32,474 nt of DNA from an uncultured virus (IMG/VR IMGVR_UViG_3300032321_000801). Lineage: Duplodnaviria; Heunggongvirae; Uroviricota; Caudoviricetes. The notes below the pieces were generated by a model. The model was not told the DNA's origin and made no database searches. It was given only the letters and a program-made list of their open reading frames with translations. The position numbers and the translations under genes were made by a program. Shown here piece after piece: positions 1 to 8,088 of this stretch. Numbering within the stretch: the stretch's first letter is position 1; every line of letters starts with the position of its first letter. The DNA is taken from the IMG/VR virus record IMGVR_UViG_3300032321_000801; one strand, given 5' to 3'.

Positions 1-123
1 AGCCGTTACGAGATTGACGGAATGAACGATGCGTACCTCGACATTGAGGATGTTCTTGCTCGTGCGTTGAGCGATGTAAACGATATGCTCGAAGACTTGT
101 CCACTGAGGCAGACAAAGAGTGA
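1..123 (+). CDS. Hypothetical acidic protein, 3' part only (SRYEIDGMND...TEADKE)
   Basis: Frame 1 is open from the window edge to TGA at 121-123, which overlaps the next GTG start (GTGA). Confidence 0.6.
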   Translation, partial: SRYEIDGMNDAYLDIEDVLARALSDVNDMLEDLSTEADKE

Positions 124-260
124 GTGAAAACACGCAGGTCTTGTTGGGCTGGTGTATCGCCAACCAACACGACATATGTCCTCTCACAGTGCCACTGAGC
201 GACCGAAACGAAACGGCAGAGTGTAACTGTTCCTGCCACAAGGAGAGCAACAATGAATAA
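120..260 (+). CDS. 46-aa Cys/His-rich putative metal-binding miniprotein (MSENTQVLLGWCIANQHDICP...ECNCSCHKESNNE)
   Basis: Translated by hand; below the ORF-track cutoff. GTGA coupling upstream, overlaps the next gene, and has a paralogue at 12045-12176. Confidence 0.75.
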   Translation: MSENTQVLLGWCIANQHDICPLTVPLSDRNETAECNCSCHKESNNE

Positions 261-444
261 AGAGATAGTCAAACTAATGCGTAAGGCTAAGAAACAGGGC
301 TGGCGCGTAGAAGTGACACGAAAGAACCACATCAAATTCCTGTCGCCGTTTGGAGGCATTGTAGTAGCCTCTGGAACACCCTCCGAGAATCGGGGATTCC
401 TGAATCTCAAATCACGACTGAAATCAAAAGGACTTGTAGAGTGA
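253..444 (+). CDS. hicA: HicA-like (dsRBD-fold) small basic protein
   Basis: GWRVEVTRKNHIKFLSPFGGIVVASGTPS pattern with conserved His; AGGAG RBS upstream. Confidence 0.7.
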   Translation: MNKEIVKLMRKAKKQGWRVEVTRKNHIKFLSPFGGIVVASGTPSENRGFLNLKSRLKSKGLVE

Positions 445-716
445 GCAACGAAGTTGATTGGACAGAGGGACTCTGTACGCAGACCGACCCAGACATCTTC
501 TTTCCAGAACTGGGAGATGGGGACTCTTCTTACGCTGCCAAAAGCGTGTGCGCCTCGTGTGCGTTGGTTACGCCCTGCTTGATGGGCGCGATTGAGCGTA
601 ACGAACAGTTTGGAATCTGGGGCGGGGCTAATTACAAGACTCGTCGCAGAATCATACGAGGTGAAATAACAATACAGTTTCACATCAAGGATTTATCAAA
701 ACACAAGAAAGGGTAA
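441..716 (+). CDS. whiB: WhiB-family Fe-S transcription factor
   Basis: C...DPDIFFP...AKSVCASCALVTPC...FGIWGG: four Cys plus the GIWGG turn. Confidence 0.95.
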   Translation: MSNEVDWTEGLCTQTDPDIFFPELGDGDSSYAAKSVCASCALVTPCLMGAIERNEQFGIWGGANYKTRRRIIRGEITIQFHIKDLSKHKKG

Positions 717-719
717 ACA

Positions 720-908
720 ATGGAGTACCTGACAGCAAAGCAGGTTTCCAATGTAACTGGGTACAAGTATCGACATCTTTGGTCATACATAAAGCGAGGT
801 ACTTTCCCTCAACCAGATATCAACATTGGAAACAAACCACTTTGGAAAGAAGAAACAATCGATGGAGTAGAATTTGCTCCCAAAAGAAAGAGAGAAATAA
901 ATGATTGA
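720..908 (+). CDS. AlpA/excisionase-like HTH DNA-binding protein
   Basis: YLTAKQVSNVTGY...YIKRGTFPQPD...PLW pattern. Confidence 0.8.
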   Translation: MEYLTAKQVSNVTGYKYRHLWSYIKRGTFPQPDINIGNKPLWKEETIDGVEFAPKRKREIND

Positions 909-1182
909 CAACGAAAACAAAGGAATACTGGACAGCCAGCCCTACGCTCGATTCCACACTGGTCGTACCGTGATTATGGGTCAGGAAGATTGGGGCGTGT
1001 TCATCCACATCAGCAATGGGCGTGACACAGCAGTTGGAGCGTTCTCAGTAGAAGAAGCAGAAACCGTTATCGGATTCTTACAGGAAGTAGTAGCAGAAGC
1101 AAAGTCTTCTGAACCACCGTTTACTGAACAGGAATTGGTCGAAGAAGAATTGGATTACACTGCTTTCGATGATGTTGAGTAA
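901..1182 (+). CDS. Hypothetical acidic protein
   Basis: Overlaps the previous gene; last gene before the strand switch. Confidence 0.7.
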   Translation: MIDNENKGILDSQPYARFHTGRTVIMGQEDWGVFIHISNGRDTAVGAFSVEEAETVIGFLQEVVAEAKSSEPPFTEQELVEEELDYTAFDDVE

Positions 1183-1262
1183 CTAGAAATAAAATCTAAA
1201 AGCGCGAGAAATCTGCGCCCGATACTTTCCAAGTAAATAGAGAAACTGTTATCTACTAATAA

Positions 1263-2738
1263 TTATTCGATAGCATCACGAATAATGTGCGTTGTCTGTG
1301 CCTCAGAGATGTTGATTTCTTCATCTCTGAGGACAGATGCGCGGTCGCCAAAGATAGCAGATAGCACACCGCCAGCCTGAGCGCGTTGAGCCGTAATTTG
1401 GATAAACTCTTTAGACTCGTCGAGTTCCTTTACAGACTTCACAAGTTTCATCAAACGGTCAATTTCCTGAGAGGTGTTGGGGTCGGCGTAGCCACCGTTC
1501 ATTTCTTCGGAAAACCGCATAAACGCTACTCTCTGCCCCTGCATCTCAATGATTGAGGTCAGCAAACCTTGTAGTTGTTCTTTGGTTTTGACCTCTACTG
1601 GAAGAGAGAAAGCACAAGTAGAACCAAGAGTAAAAGCAGGGCAGTTGGCTGCGACAAAACAAGTGTCACATTGACGCAATGTACCTGCCTGTGATTGCAC
1701 AACAGGTACTTGTCTAAGGACATCGTGCCCACTGTCATCTTGGTCTACGATGGTCTTCATTTGATAGCCAAAAATAGGTAGCGGAACAATCTCCGCAGGG
1801 TCTCTTTGAGTTACTTTGTTGGCTGTTTTTTTCCGCTCCTCTACCCCACTGTTAGTAGAACCCCCCACCCCTGTTTCCATCAAACCCGTGTATAGGGTGT
1901 CATCACTGTTATCAGATAACTGGTTACTAGAGTTGCCGTTATTCTTCATGCTTGCCTCTAACTGTTTGTAAGACCACACCGCAACGCGAGTGCTTTCGAG
2001 CGTGTCATCATCAATGAACTTCTGGAAGTCAAGTCCTGCGCGTTCTACGATTGCTTTATAGCGAGGTCGAGCCTGTGCTTTCATCCTCTTTTGGTATCGA
2101 ACAATTTTGTTTCCATCCCAGATGATAGTTTCACCTCTACGCATTGGCGATAGCCAAGACAGGGTAGAAGTAGTAGCGAAAGGAATCTGTCGTAGGTTAT
2201 CTGGTTTAGCCAAAGCAAGAGCGTGGAATTGGACATCGTGGTTATGTAGCAAAGACCGAGTTACCATAGCCAGATTAGTAGTCGATTCAACAGTGGAACT
2301 GGGGATAGCGATGTTCCTGTATTCATCTGCCCATTCTTGTAGAACAGGGATGCCGTACCTGTCGTGCCAAACCACCCAAAGTTTGGGGTCGTTTTCGTAT
2401 ACCGCACGATTTTGGATAATGGCAGGTAGCCCAATTACTTGACTATCAAACTCTGTAAACCCTTCAATGCGGTCGTAATTGATAGCAATGAACTCTTCGT
2501 AATCGGCGGCGTATTCTTCCATCTCACGGCTTGATAGGTTAGCCTTATCAGCCTGGACAGCCCCAGAGTCTACCCAAACTTTCATTTCAGGCAAGAAGTG
2601 TTCACCGATTAGGTAAGCCTTAGTTTTAGGCAACCCGCGTTTACGCAAACCCCAGTAATTGAGCATAACGTTAGTTACTCCACTGCGCTCAAGCAGAGTA
2701 CGATTGCTGGGTATCTCTACCCCACCAAAAATAATCAT
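1263..2738 (-). CDS. TGT/DpdA-like TIM-barrel protein fused to a C-terminal Cx2Cx5Cx8C and helical domain
   Basis: Ordered motifs VWVDSGA, YEEFI, FTEFD, VVWH, IAI, FHALAL, PFATTSTLSW resemble the DSGA-type tRNA-guanine transglycosylase-like barrel. A low-complexity linker follows, then CDTCFVAANCPAFTLGSTC. Confidence 0.55.
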   Translation of the reverse strand: MIIFGGVEIPSNRTLLERSGVTNVMLNYWGLRKRGLPKTKAYLIGEHFLPEMKVWVDSGAVQADKANLSSREMEEYAADYEEFIAINYDRIEGFTEFDSQVIGLPAIIQNRAVYENDPKLWVVWHDRYGIPVLQEWADEYRNIAIPSSTVESTTNLAMVTRSLLHNHDVQFHALALAKPDNLRQIPFATTSTLSWLSPMRRGETIIWDGNKIVRYQKRMKAQARPRYKAIVERAGLDFQKFIDDDTLESTRVAVWSYKQLEASMKNNGNSSNQLSDNSDDTLYTGLMETGVGGSTNSGVEERKKTANKVTQRDPAEIVPLPIFGYQMKTIVDQDDSGHDVLRQVPVVQSQAGTLRQCDTCFVAANCPAFTLGSTCAFSLPVEVKTKEQLQGLLTSIIEMQGQRVAFMRFSEEMNGGYADPNTSQEIDRLMKLVKSVKELDESKEFIQITAQRAQAGGVLSAIFGDRASVLRDEEINISEAQTTHIIRDAIE

Positions 2739-3226
2739 CCGTCGAATCTCGCTCCCTCGTCTTCACGGTTGAACCGTGCGTCTTGGGTACGAACAATGTT
2801 TTCTTTTCGTATAGCCTCTTCAATGTCATTCCAAGCACGAACACGAGAAGGAGCGTCAGGGCGAAATTCAACACGAGTGTACGAAGGTTGCCCAAACATA
2901 ACACAAGGAATACCCAACTCAAAAGCGTAAGCCCAGTGAGAAGGATTGTTAGTAATGAATAACTCCACTGCGCCGCGTGAGCGAGCGTGAGTGATTTGTC
3001 GATGTGCTAAAGGTTCGGAAGCCAGACCAACAGAAGAATCAATGATGTCGTCAATATCGACAATTTTGTGAGAGTCCAACCAATAGCGGATATCTTCATC
3101 ACTATCGGGAGCCATTATAGCAAGGCGATTGTAAACGGTAAGAGTGCCAACCATTCTAACGCCAACAGGAATTGGAGAGTGGTCTTGACTTCTTAGTACA
3201 CCGTCTATTTCTACGAGTATATTCAT
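2735..3226 (-). CDS. HAD-superfamily-like protein (motif I EIDGVL)
   Basis: N-terminal ILVEIDGVL resembles hhhDxDGVL; size fits a capless HAD fold; stop overlaps the next ATG (ATGA). Confidence 0.6.
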   Translation of the reverse strand: MNILVEIDGVLRSQDHSPIPVGVRMVGTLTVYNRLAIMAPDSDEDIRYWLDSHKIVDIDDIIDSSVGLASEPLAHRQITHARSRGAVELFITNNPSHWAYAFELGIPCVMFGQPSYTRVEFRPDAPSRVRAWNDIEEAIRKENIVRTQDARFNREDEGARFDG

Positions 3227-3239
3227 AGGCTAAAGTCTA
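3227..3239 (-). promoter_or_regulatory. Putative -10 box (TAGACT) 7 nt before ATG, leaderless-type start
   Basis: TANNNT at 3234-3239 on the - strand, 7-nt spacer, no SD before the ATG at 3226. Confidence 0.45.
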
Positions 3240-3989
3240 TTTATTTTCTGGGTTATCTTCTGCCCAAAACGGTCTGAACTCTTCACCTTGAGATTCAAGA
3301 ATAGGACCTTGACGACCTTCGTCATTCATGTGGCTACCAACAACCCGCGCAGCGCGGTCATCTGCTTCCACCCACGCGCCTTGAATTGGGTCAAATCTAC
3401 GAATAGATTGAACGTAATGTGGCTGTGCAATAATCAGTGCGTTTTGTTCAGGAGCAACAGCAGCGGGGAACCCCATAGCACCAATAGCGTTAGCAACAGT
3501 AGCGCGGTGACCTGTACGAAGTCGAACGATGTTTCGCTCGTGTTTTGCGTTGGCTTCGTTAATGTCTGCACGAGACCTATTTTGCGCAACCATAAGCGAA
3601 AGTTTGGTGTTATGACGCTCAATCATTCCTTGTTCTGCTTTACGCAAAAACTCGGCTGAAGTAACCACACCAGGAATTAAAACCCCTTCGTTTCCTTGAG
3701 ACAATCGCCATTCTGGAATAGGGTCATTTTCAAAGTTGCGGAAAGTAACCCCTACTGCACGAGCAAAACGCTTTTCGGGTACTTTTCGTTCTGCAACAGC
3801 CTCCGCCTGTTCTCTTACAGGACTGAAAAGAGCAAGCCTGTCTTTGCCAGCGATAGATGTAACGGGGTTGATACTACTACCAAGAGCAACGCCCGTGTAG
3901 TTTAGTAGTTCTCCCGAAGAGGGCGTGAACGCCATTCTGCGCGAACGAAGAGCCTCAGATAACTTGGAAACGGCATTAGGGTCGGTCAC
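3237..3989 (-). CDS. Hypothetical protein (250 aa)
   Basis: Long ORF coupled to the NTase stop codon (GTGA). Confidence 0.75.
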   Translation of the reverse strand: MTDPNAVSKLSEALRSRRMAFTPSSGELLNYTGVALGSSINPVTSIAGKDRLALFSPVREQAEAVAERKVPEKRFARAVGVTFRNFENDPIPEWRLSQGNEGVLIPGVVTSAEFLRKAEQGMIERHNTKLSLMVAQNRSRADINEANAKHERNIVRLRTGHRATVANAIGAMGFPAAVAPEQNALIIAQPHYVQSIRRFDPIQGAWVEADDRAARVVGSHMNDEGRQGPILESQGEEFRPFWAEDNPENK

Positions 3990-4888
3990 AATGTGTTCCT
4001 ATAAGTTGCGGCTCTCCGTATTAAAGTTTGTGTAGTAGGCAACTCAACGCCGTACTGTTTTAACGCCTGTGCGCTATGTGAGTCGATGGCATAGTCACGA
4101 ATCTTTTTCAAGGAATTGATAAATCCATCGCGTTTTGAGGCTTGCCAGCGGTAGTTGTGGTAATCTCCGTAACCTTCTCCTGAGGTGGAGAAAGCGAGAC
4201 GGCGTCCCATATGAATATCCTCATACATATTGACACCCTGAGACATTGCTGCCTCTAGACGGGTTTCCGCATTACGACGTGAGGCGTTATCGCGAGCGTT
4301 TTGCACGTCATCGAAAGCAGTAGTAAATCGAGTAGCAATAGTTTCCGACATTTTCCTGTCGTTAGAAATAGCGGTTTCCCACGAAGGAGGAGCAGAAGGA
4401 GCAGCCAAAGGGCTTGGCGTAACTGTCCATTCGTCATACTTTAAGTCATATGCGGCATACGGCTTGATGGAGCGTATGTCCGTAGCGCCTGGATTGACGT
4501 AAAAAGTAAGTTCGTAGCCATTCCAATTCGATGTTGTAGGTTGAAGTTCTCCATAAAACTGTTCGTTTATCATGCTGCTTACTTCAGAGTCAGTAAGACC
4601 TGCGTACTCAGGATTGGCTTTACGAAACTGAACGTAATCCACACCAACAAGACAGTCAAGGTCGCCAGGCTGACGAGAGGCTTCCCATTGATAAGACACC
4701 CCAGAACCCGCGAGCCAGGCGTGTGCCCAGATTTCAGCGTGGCGGTATCTTTGCCCTAAGAAGTTGTTTAGAAGAGAAACTATTCCAATACGAATTTGAC
4801 TGCGAAGATTTTTTCCTTCAAATAAAGTTGGGTCAAGCGTTGTCGAGGGCGTACTAAAGTACGACGTGGGGTACGCATATCCAACCAT
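3986..4888 (-). CDS. Pol-beta-superfamily nucleotidyltransferase
   Basis: LAGSGVSYQW...GDLDCLVGVD (hGS...DxD), candidate third acidic residue in YELTFYV, helical C-terminal lobe. Confidence 0.8.
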   Translation of the reverse strand: MVGYAYPTSYFSTPSTTLDPTLFEGKNLRSQIRIGIVSLLNNFLGQRYRHAEIWAHAWLAGSGVSYQWEASRQPGDLDCLVGVDYVQFRKANPEYAGLTDSEVSSMINEQFYGELQPTTSNWNGYELTFYVNPGATDIRSIKPYAAYDLKYDEWTVTPSPLAAPSAPPSWETAISNDRKMSETIATRFTTAFDDVQNARDNASRRNAETRLEAAMSQGVNMYEDIHMGRRLAFSTSGEGYGDYHNYRWQASKRDGFINSLKKIRDYAIDSHSAQALKQYGVELPTTQTLIRRAATYRNTL

Positions 4889-4900
4889 GCTTACAGTTTA
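4889..4900 (-). promoter_or_regulatory. Putative -10 box (TAAACT) 6 nt before ATG, leaderless-type start
   Basis: TAAACT at 4895-4900 on the - strand, 6-nt spacer, no SD. Confidence 0.55.
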
Positions 4901-4921
4901 CACTGTTTACTCGAAAAAGTT

Positions 4922-5179
4922 CTATGATTCTTTCTTGCGGTTATCAAGAGCAGACCGAACTTTCTTTGAGACACTTTCTTGTTCTGGACTCATCTTTTCT
5001 GCAATAAACTCAGCCATTCGTTTACTTTGCAAATCGAAAGATACTCTATTAACGATGTATTCAATTTCGCTTTTTGTGTACGGCTTTGCGGGTTCGTCAA
5101 ACTCATCGGGCATCTTATTAACAATAATGAACTCTCCCGAAGGAGTTTTCATGATAGCCAGTACAAAATCGTCTTTCAT
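4922..5179 (-). CDS. Hypothetical protein
   Basis: Start moved to MKDDF at 5179, giving TAATG coupling to the upstream gene. Confidence 0.7.
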   Translation of the reverse strand: MKDDFVLAIMKTPSGEFIIVNKMPDEFDEPAKPYTKSEIEYIVNRVSFDLQSKRMAEFIAEKMSPEQESVSKKVRSALDNRKKES

Positions 5180-5733
5180 TAATAACCGCCTGATTTGAAC
5201 CGTTGGGTTTCGACCACCCGTTGTTGATACGGGCAAAATTGACAAAGGTAAACTTTAAGCGCACTTTCTGCTGCGGAAGGCAATCCCATATCTTTACGTT
5301 CTTTTGCAGTGTCGGGAAGAAGCCGTTTGGATTCGTCTTGGTAATCTGCGCAACCGATTGACTTGTCCCCTGGACGACCGTGAGATTCCCAACACTTCAG
5401 CGCGTTTTCATGGAAAGTCATCTTTGTGTCGTAATAATTGGGGTCAAGGTCAGCAAGACCGCCAGCACCCCCACCCTTGAGTTGCTCAATGATGGCTTTC
5501 TTTTGTTTAGCATCTGACCACGTTTTGACGGGAAGAATAAAGAGTTTGCCCTTGTGTGGCTCTCCAGAAGGAAACTTGTGCCGTTCAACAGAGATTTCCA
5601 GGAGAACATCGGTCTCGACTGGTCCGTGATGCATAGGAAGTTCTTCGATTGTGCTACAAACAAGGCAATACAAAAGGCGAATAACAGGACCATCTTCGAG
5701 GTCCCGTTTGCCAACGAGTGGAATGTCTGTCAT
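5179..5733 (-). CDS. Hypothetical Cys/His-rich putative Zn-binding protein
   Basis: CLVC...H...H, CWESH...C and CQFC motifs; AAGGAG RBS; TAAACT -10 candidate upstream (about 5760-5765). Confidence 0.8.
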   Translation of the reverse strand: MTDIPLVGKRDLEDGPVIRLLYCLVCSTIEELPMHHGPVETDVLLEISVERHKFPSGEPHKGKLFILPVKTWSDAKQKKAIIEQLKGGGAGGLADLDPNYYDTKMTFHENALKCWESHGRPGDKSIGCADYQDESKRLLPDTAKERKDMGLPSAAESALKVYLCQFCPYQQRVVETQRFKSGGY

Positions 5734-5787
5734 GTAATGCTCCTTGTTAATGCTCGGTTAGTTTATCACAAATAAATTTAGAGGGGC

Positions 5788-5946
5788 TTAATTCCGTTTT
5801 TCTGTTGGCGAGAGAACTGTCCAGGCGGGGTCTACGGGAGACTCGTCATCGTCATTGTGTGCGTGGTAATGCGGGAGGTGTTCTTCTTCGTCGCGACGGT
5901 CTCTCACGTTTTCTTCAATAAACCGCATTGCATCGTTTATGCTCAT
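5788..5946 (-). CDS. 52-aa hypothetical protein (MSINDAMRFIEENVRDRR...)
   Basis: Translated by hand; ATGA coupling; N-terminus similar to that of 6149-6403. Confidence 0.7.
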   Translation of the reverse strand: MSINDAMRFIEENVRDRRDEEEHLPHYHAHNDDDESPVDPAWTVLSPTEKRN

Positions 5947-6149
5947 CGTACTGGCTGCTCCTGTTGTGCTTTACGGTGCTGGTATTGCTGAATGGCTTCG
6001 TGCATACCGTAATGCGCGGCTCCTCGACTGGCTGCACCAGCAATTGCTTGTCCTGCCTCTCCTGCGCCCAAACGCGCGGCGACACCTGCGCCAGCACGAG
6101 CAGCAAGGGGTCCAATAACGCGCCCCGCAGCAATGAGTAACGGAAACAT
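5943..6149 (-). CDS. Small Ala/Gly-rich hypothetical protein
   Basis: TAATG coupling; AAGGA RBS. Confidence 0.7.
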   Translation of the reverse strand: MFPLLIAAGRVIGPLAARAGAGVAARLGAGEAGQAIAGAASRGAAHYGMHEAIQQYQHRKAQQEQPVR

Positions 6150-6403
6150 TACTTTTTCCTTTTAGTGCTGGGCGGGTTACTCCGAGCGCTCATGCCCGCA
6201 GCGTTGATGACTGGTTTTCCGTCAATGTTGCTGGTGTGGGTGCTGTAGTGGTTTCCGTCACCGTGTGCTGTTCCAGGAATACGGATGTCTTTTTCGCAAA
6301 GTGCGCAGGGAAAGGGTTCGTAATTAGGGCTTCCTGGAGTAAATTTTGTTCGCCTGTCAGTAGTGTTACTGGCGATAAACCTCGCCGCGTCTTGTTCGGA
6401 CAC
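6149..6403 (-). CDS. Hypothetical protein with CxxC...H...H
   Basis: Tiles the operon; CALC motif followed by His residues. Confidence 0.7.
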   Translation of the reverse strand: MSEQDAARFIASNTTDRRTKFTPGSPNYEPFPCALCEKDIRIPGTAHGDGNHYSTHTSNIDGKPVINAAGMSARSNPPSTKRKK

Positions 6404-6405
6404 GA

Positions 6406-6618
6406 TTACTTACCAGGATTGACTTTGGCGGCGTCGGGGTATTCCGACGTAGCAAATCCGTAGCCGAAGAACGGGTGCAGAGTTTGCTTGTTGTCGAGAG
6501 TCAGTTCGTGACCGCTAATGTCGCCTACTTCAGTGTTTGGGCGAATTTTGCGGTATTTACCGTCGGTAGAACCTTCTTTGAGGCTCTGAGTCATCGAACG
6601 GGAAGTGTTTACAGCCAT
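6406..6618 (-). CDS. Hypothetical protein (MAVNTSRS...)
   Basis: Start moved to 6618, which is preceded by AAAGGAG. Confidence 0.75.
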   Translation of the reverse strand: MAVNTSRSMTQSLKEGSTDGKYRKIRPNTEVGDISGHELTLDNKQTLHPFFGYGFATSEYPDAAKVNPGK

Positions 6619-6688
6619 GTGTATGGCTCCTTTCAAATCTACTTACTTATAGGTTATCTTTGTTGTAGATATTTATCAGTAGAAACTG

Positions 6689-6877
6689 TTACGTTCCCTT
6701 TCGCACTGACATCAACGAGTTTTTAACTGCAACTTTAGGGTTTTTCTTTTTGCCCCAAAAACTGTGCCCGTATCCAGGGTAATCGGGTTTAAACCCAAAC
6801 TTGTTGGCACTTGTGGGGTAGTCTCCGCCACGTGCTTTCCCATTCATGTCGGGGACAGGCTCGAATGGACCAGGCAT
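6689..6877 (-). CDS. Small basic hypothetical protein
   Basis: TAATG coupling with the upstream gene. Confidence 0.65.
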   Translation of the reverse strand: MPGPFEPVPDMNGKARGGDYPTSANKFGFKPDYPGYGHSFWGKKKNPKVAVKNSLMSVRKGT

Positions 6878-7068
6878 TAGACAATCCGATTCTTTATGCG
6901 GGAACTGCGTCGGTTGTTATCGCATGATTGGCAAAGACCCAGACTGTACATAAACTCGACGGGGTTCATGATTACTGCACATTGAGGGCAGGGGGCAGAA
7001 CCTCGCATACTATCTGAAATCTTTTTTGCTTGAAGTTCAAGCGTAAACGCGCCGTCGCCATCATCCAT
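6877..7068 (-). CDS. Small zinc-ribbon protein
   Basis: CPQC...CQSC; AAGGAG RBS. Confidence 0.7.
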   Translation of the reverse strand: MDDGDGAFTLELQAKKISDSMRGSAPCPQCAVIMNPVEFMYSLGLCQSCDNNRRSSRIKNRIV

Positions 7069-7528
7069 CGGTTGTCTCCTTCATTTTGTCTCTCCAGGTG
7101 GGTTTTGCTTCAAACGGGTCAGAGCCAAGAATTGCGGCATCTTCTTGCCAATTTTTGTGGCGTTCTATCATTTCTTGCGGTGCGTTTGTCATTTGAAGGT
7201 ATCTCATGCCCGCGTTCATGACCAACGCCTTGTCTCGATTGTCCATCATCATGTGCTTTGCGGCTTCTCTAAAATGAAGCAAACTAGAGTCGATAGACAT
7301 TTGTGCCCTGGCTTGATGCCGCGAACTTTCGTGGCTTGCGGCAGACAGCACTGCGTTAGAGGCTTTGTTTAAGTGATGAGCAATAAGAGGATTTTTAAGA
7401 TTTGCTCTTTTGTTTAAGTGACCAGGTCTATTTAAAAGACTAACCGCGTAGGAAATTCCCTCGTTCATATGCGAAACGGGAGCCTTTGCCAAACTGACCT
7501 TTTCAGACCGACTGTATTTGTAGTTCAT
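7061..7528 (-). CDS. Hypothetical helical protein
   Basis: ATGA coupling; tiles the operon. Confidence 0.7.
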   Translation of the reverse strand: MNYKYSRSEKVSLAKAPVSHMNEGISYAVSLLNRPGHLNKRANLKNPLIAHHLNKASNAVLSAASHESSRHQARAQMSIDSSLLHFREAAKHMMMDNRDKALVMNAGMRYLQMTNAPQEMIERHKNWQEDAAILGSDPFEAKPTWRDKMKETTDG

Positions 7529-7704
7529 TCTTCACCCTTACTTTTCTTAATGGCTTCTGAGGTAGACGCTTGTCTCGTTCGCAATCGTTTAGTTCTTTTA
7601 TCTTTATGGGTTCCCGCAGCACCGCTGCTTCTGAAACCGAGCATGGCTTTGTAAAGGTCGATGTTGCCGACCTTTCTGAACTGTTTTTCGTTTAAATCTG
7701 CCAT
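7525..7704 (-). CDS. 59-aa very basic protein (MADLNEKQF...RSSGAAGTHKDKRTKRLRTR...)
   Basis: Translated by hand; TAATG coupling upstream and ATGA downstream fill the gap exactly. Confidence 0.75.
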   Translation of the reverse strand: MADLNEKQFRKVGNIDLYKAMLGFRSSGAAGTHKDKRTKRLRTRQASTSEAIKKSKGEE

Positions 7705-8066
7705 TAGATGTCCTGAAGACTGTTACGACTTGAACCTGTGTAACCAGCCACTCCTCCAGAGTACCACGAGACACGAGGCTCCATGTACACGCGGTCTGCG
7801 GATACTACATCTTCAATGCCAGGGGGACGGCGGTCGCCGTAACCAAATCGGGCAGGAAACAGTTGAATTTGAGGAAGGGGAGGACGCACCAACGCGGCAA
7901 TTTCCGCGCCAGGAATGGTGGCTACCGCTAACGCCTGTTGAGTAAGGCGCTCTTCATTTGACGCCCAGGGTCCTGCATAAGTCCAGCGTTTTTGCACAAC
8001 ATCAGACGGCTCCCCACCGCGCCAGGGCTTGGTGTAGTCGTATACTCCGTCAACTGATTGCGGCAT
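7704..8066 (-). CDS. Hypothetical Pro/aromatic-rich protein
   Basis: ORF heading a chain of coupled genes. Confidence 0.75.
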   Translation of the reverse strand: MPQSVDGVYDYTKPWRGGEPSDVVQKRWTYAGPWASNEERLTQQALAVATIPGAEIAALVRPPLPQIQLFPARFGYGDRRPPGIEDVVSADRVYMEPRVSWYSGGVAGYTGSSRNSLQDI

Positions 8067-8076
8067 TAAAATCCTG

Positions 8077-8088
8077 TATAGTAAATGT
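8077..8088 (+). promoter_or_regulatory. Putative -10 box (TATAGT) 6 nt before ATG, leaderless-type start
   Basis: TATAGT at 8077-8082, 6-nt spacer, ATG at 8089, no SD. Confidence 0.6.

Noticed and set aside
6..683. 225-aa - strand ORF
   Set aside because: Shadow of four coupled + strand genes that include a clear whiB.
1183..1262. Bidirectional terminator at the convergence of the two gene blocks
   Set aside because: Only weak stems (GCGC-GAGAAATCT-GCGC; TAGA...TCTA); not convincing by eye.
1263..2738. Definitive dpdA / 7-deazaguanine pathway call
   Set aside because: The catalytic motif is atypical and no preQ0 synthesis genes are in the window; kept only as TGT-like.
3986..4888. CBASS CD-NTase call
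   Set aside because: Only the generic Pol-beta motif is visible, with no recognisable CBASS effector or ancillary genes.
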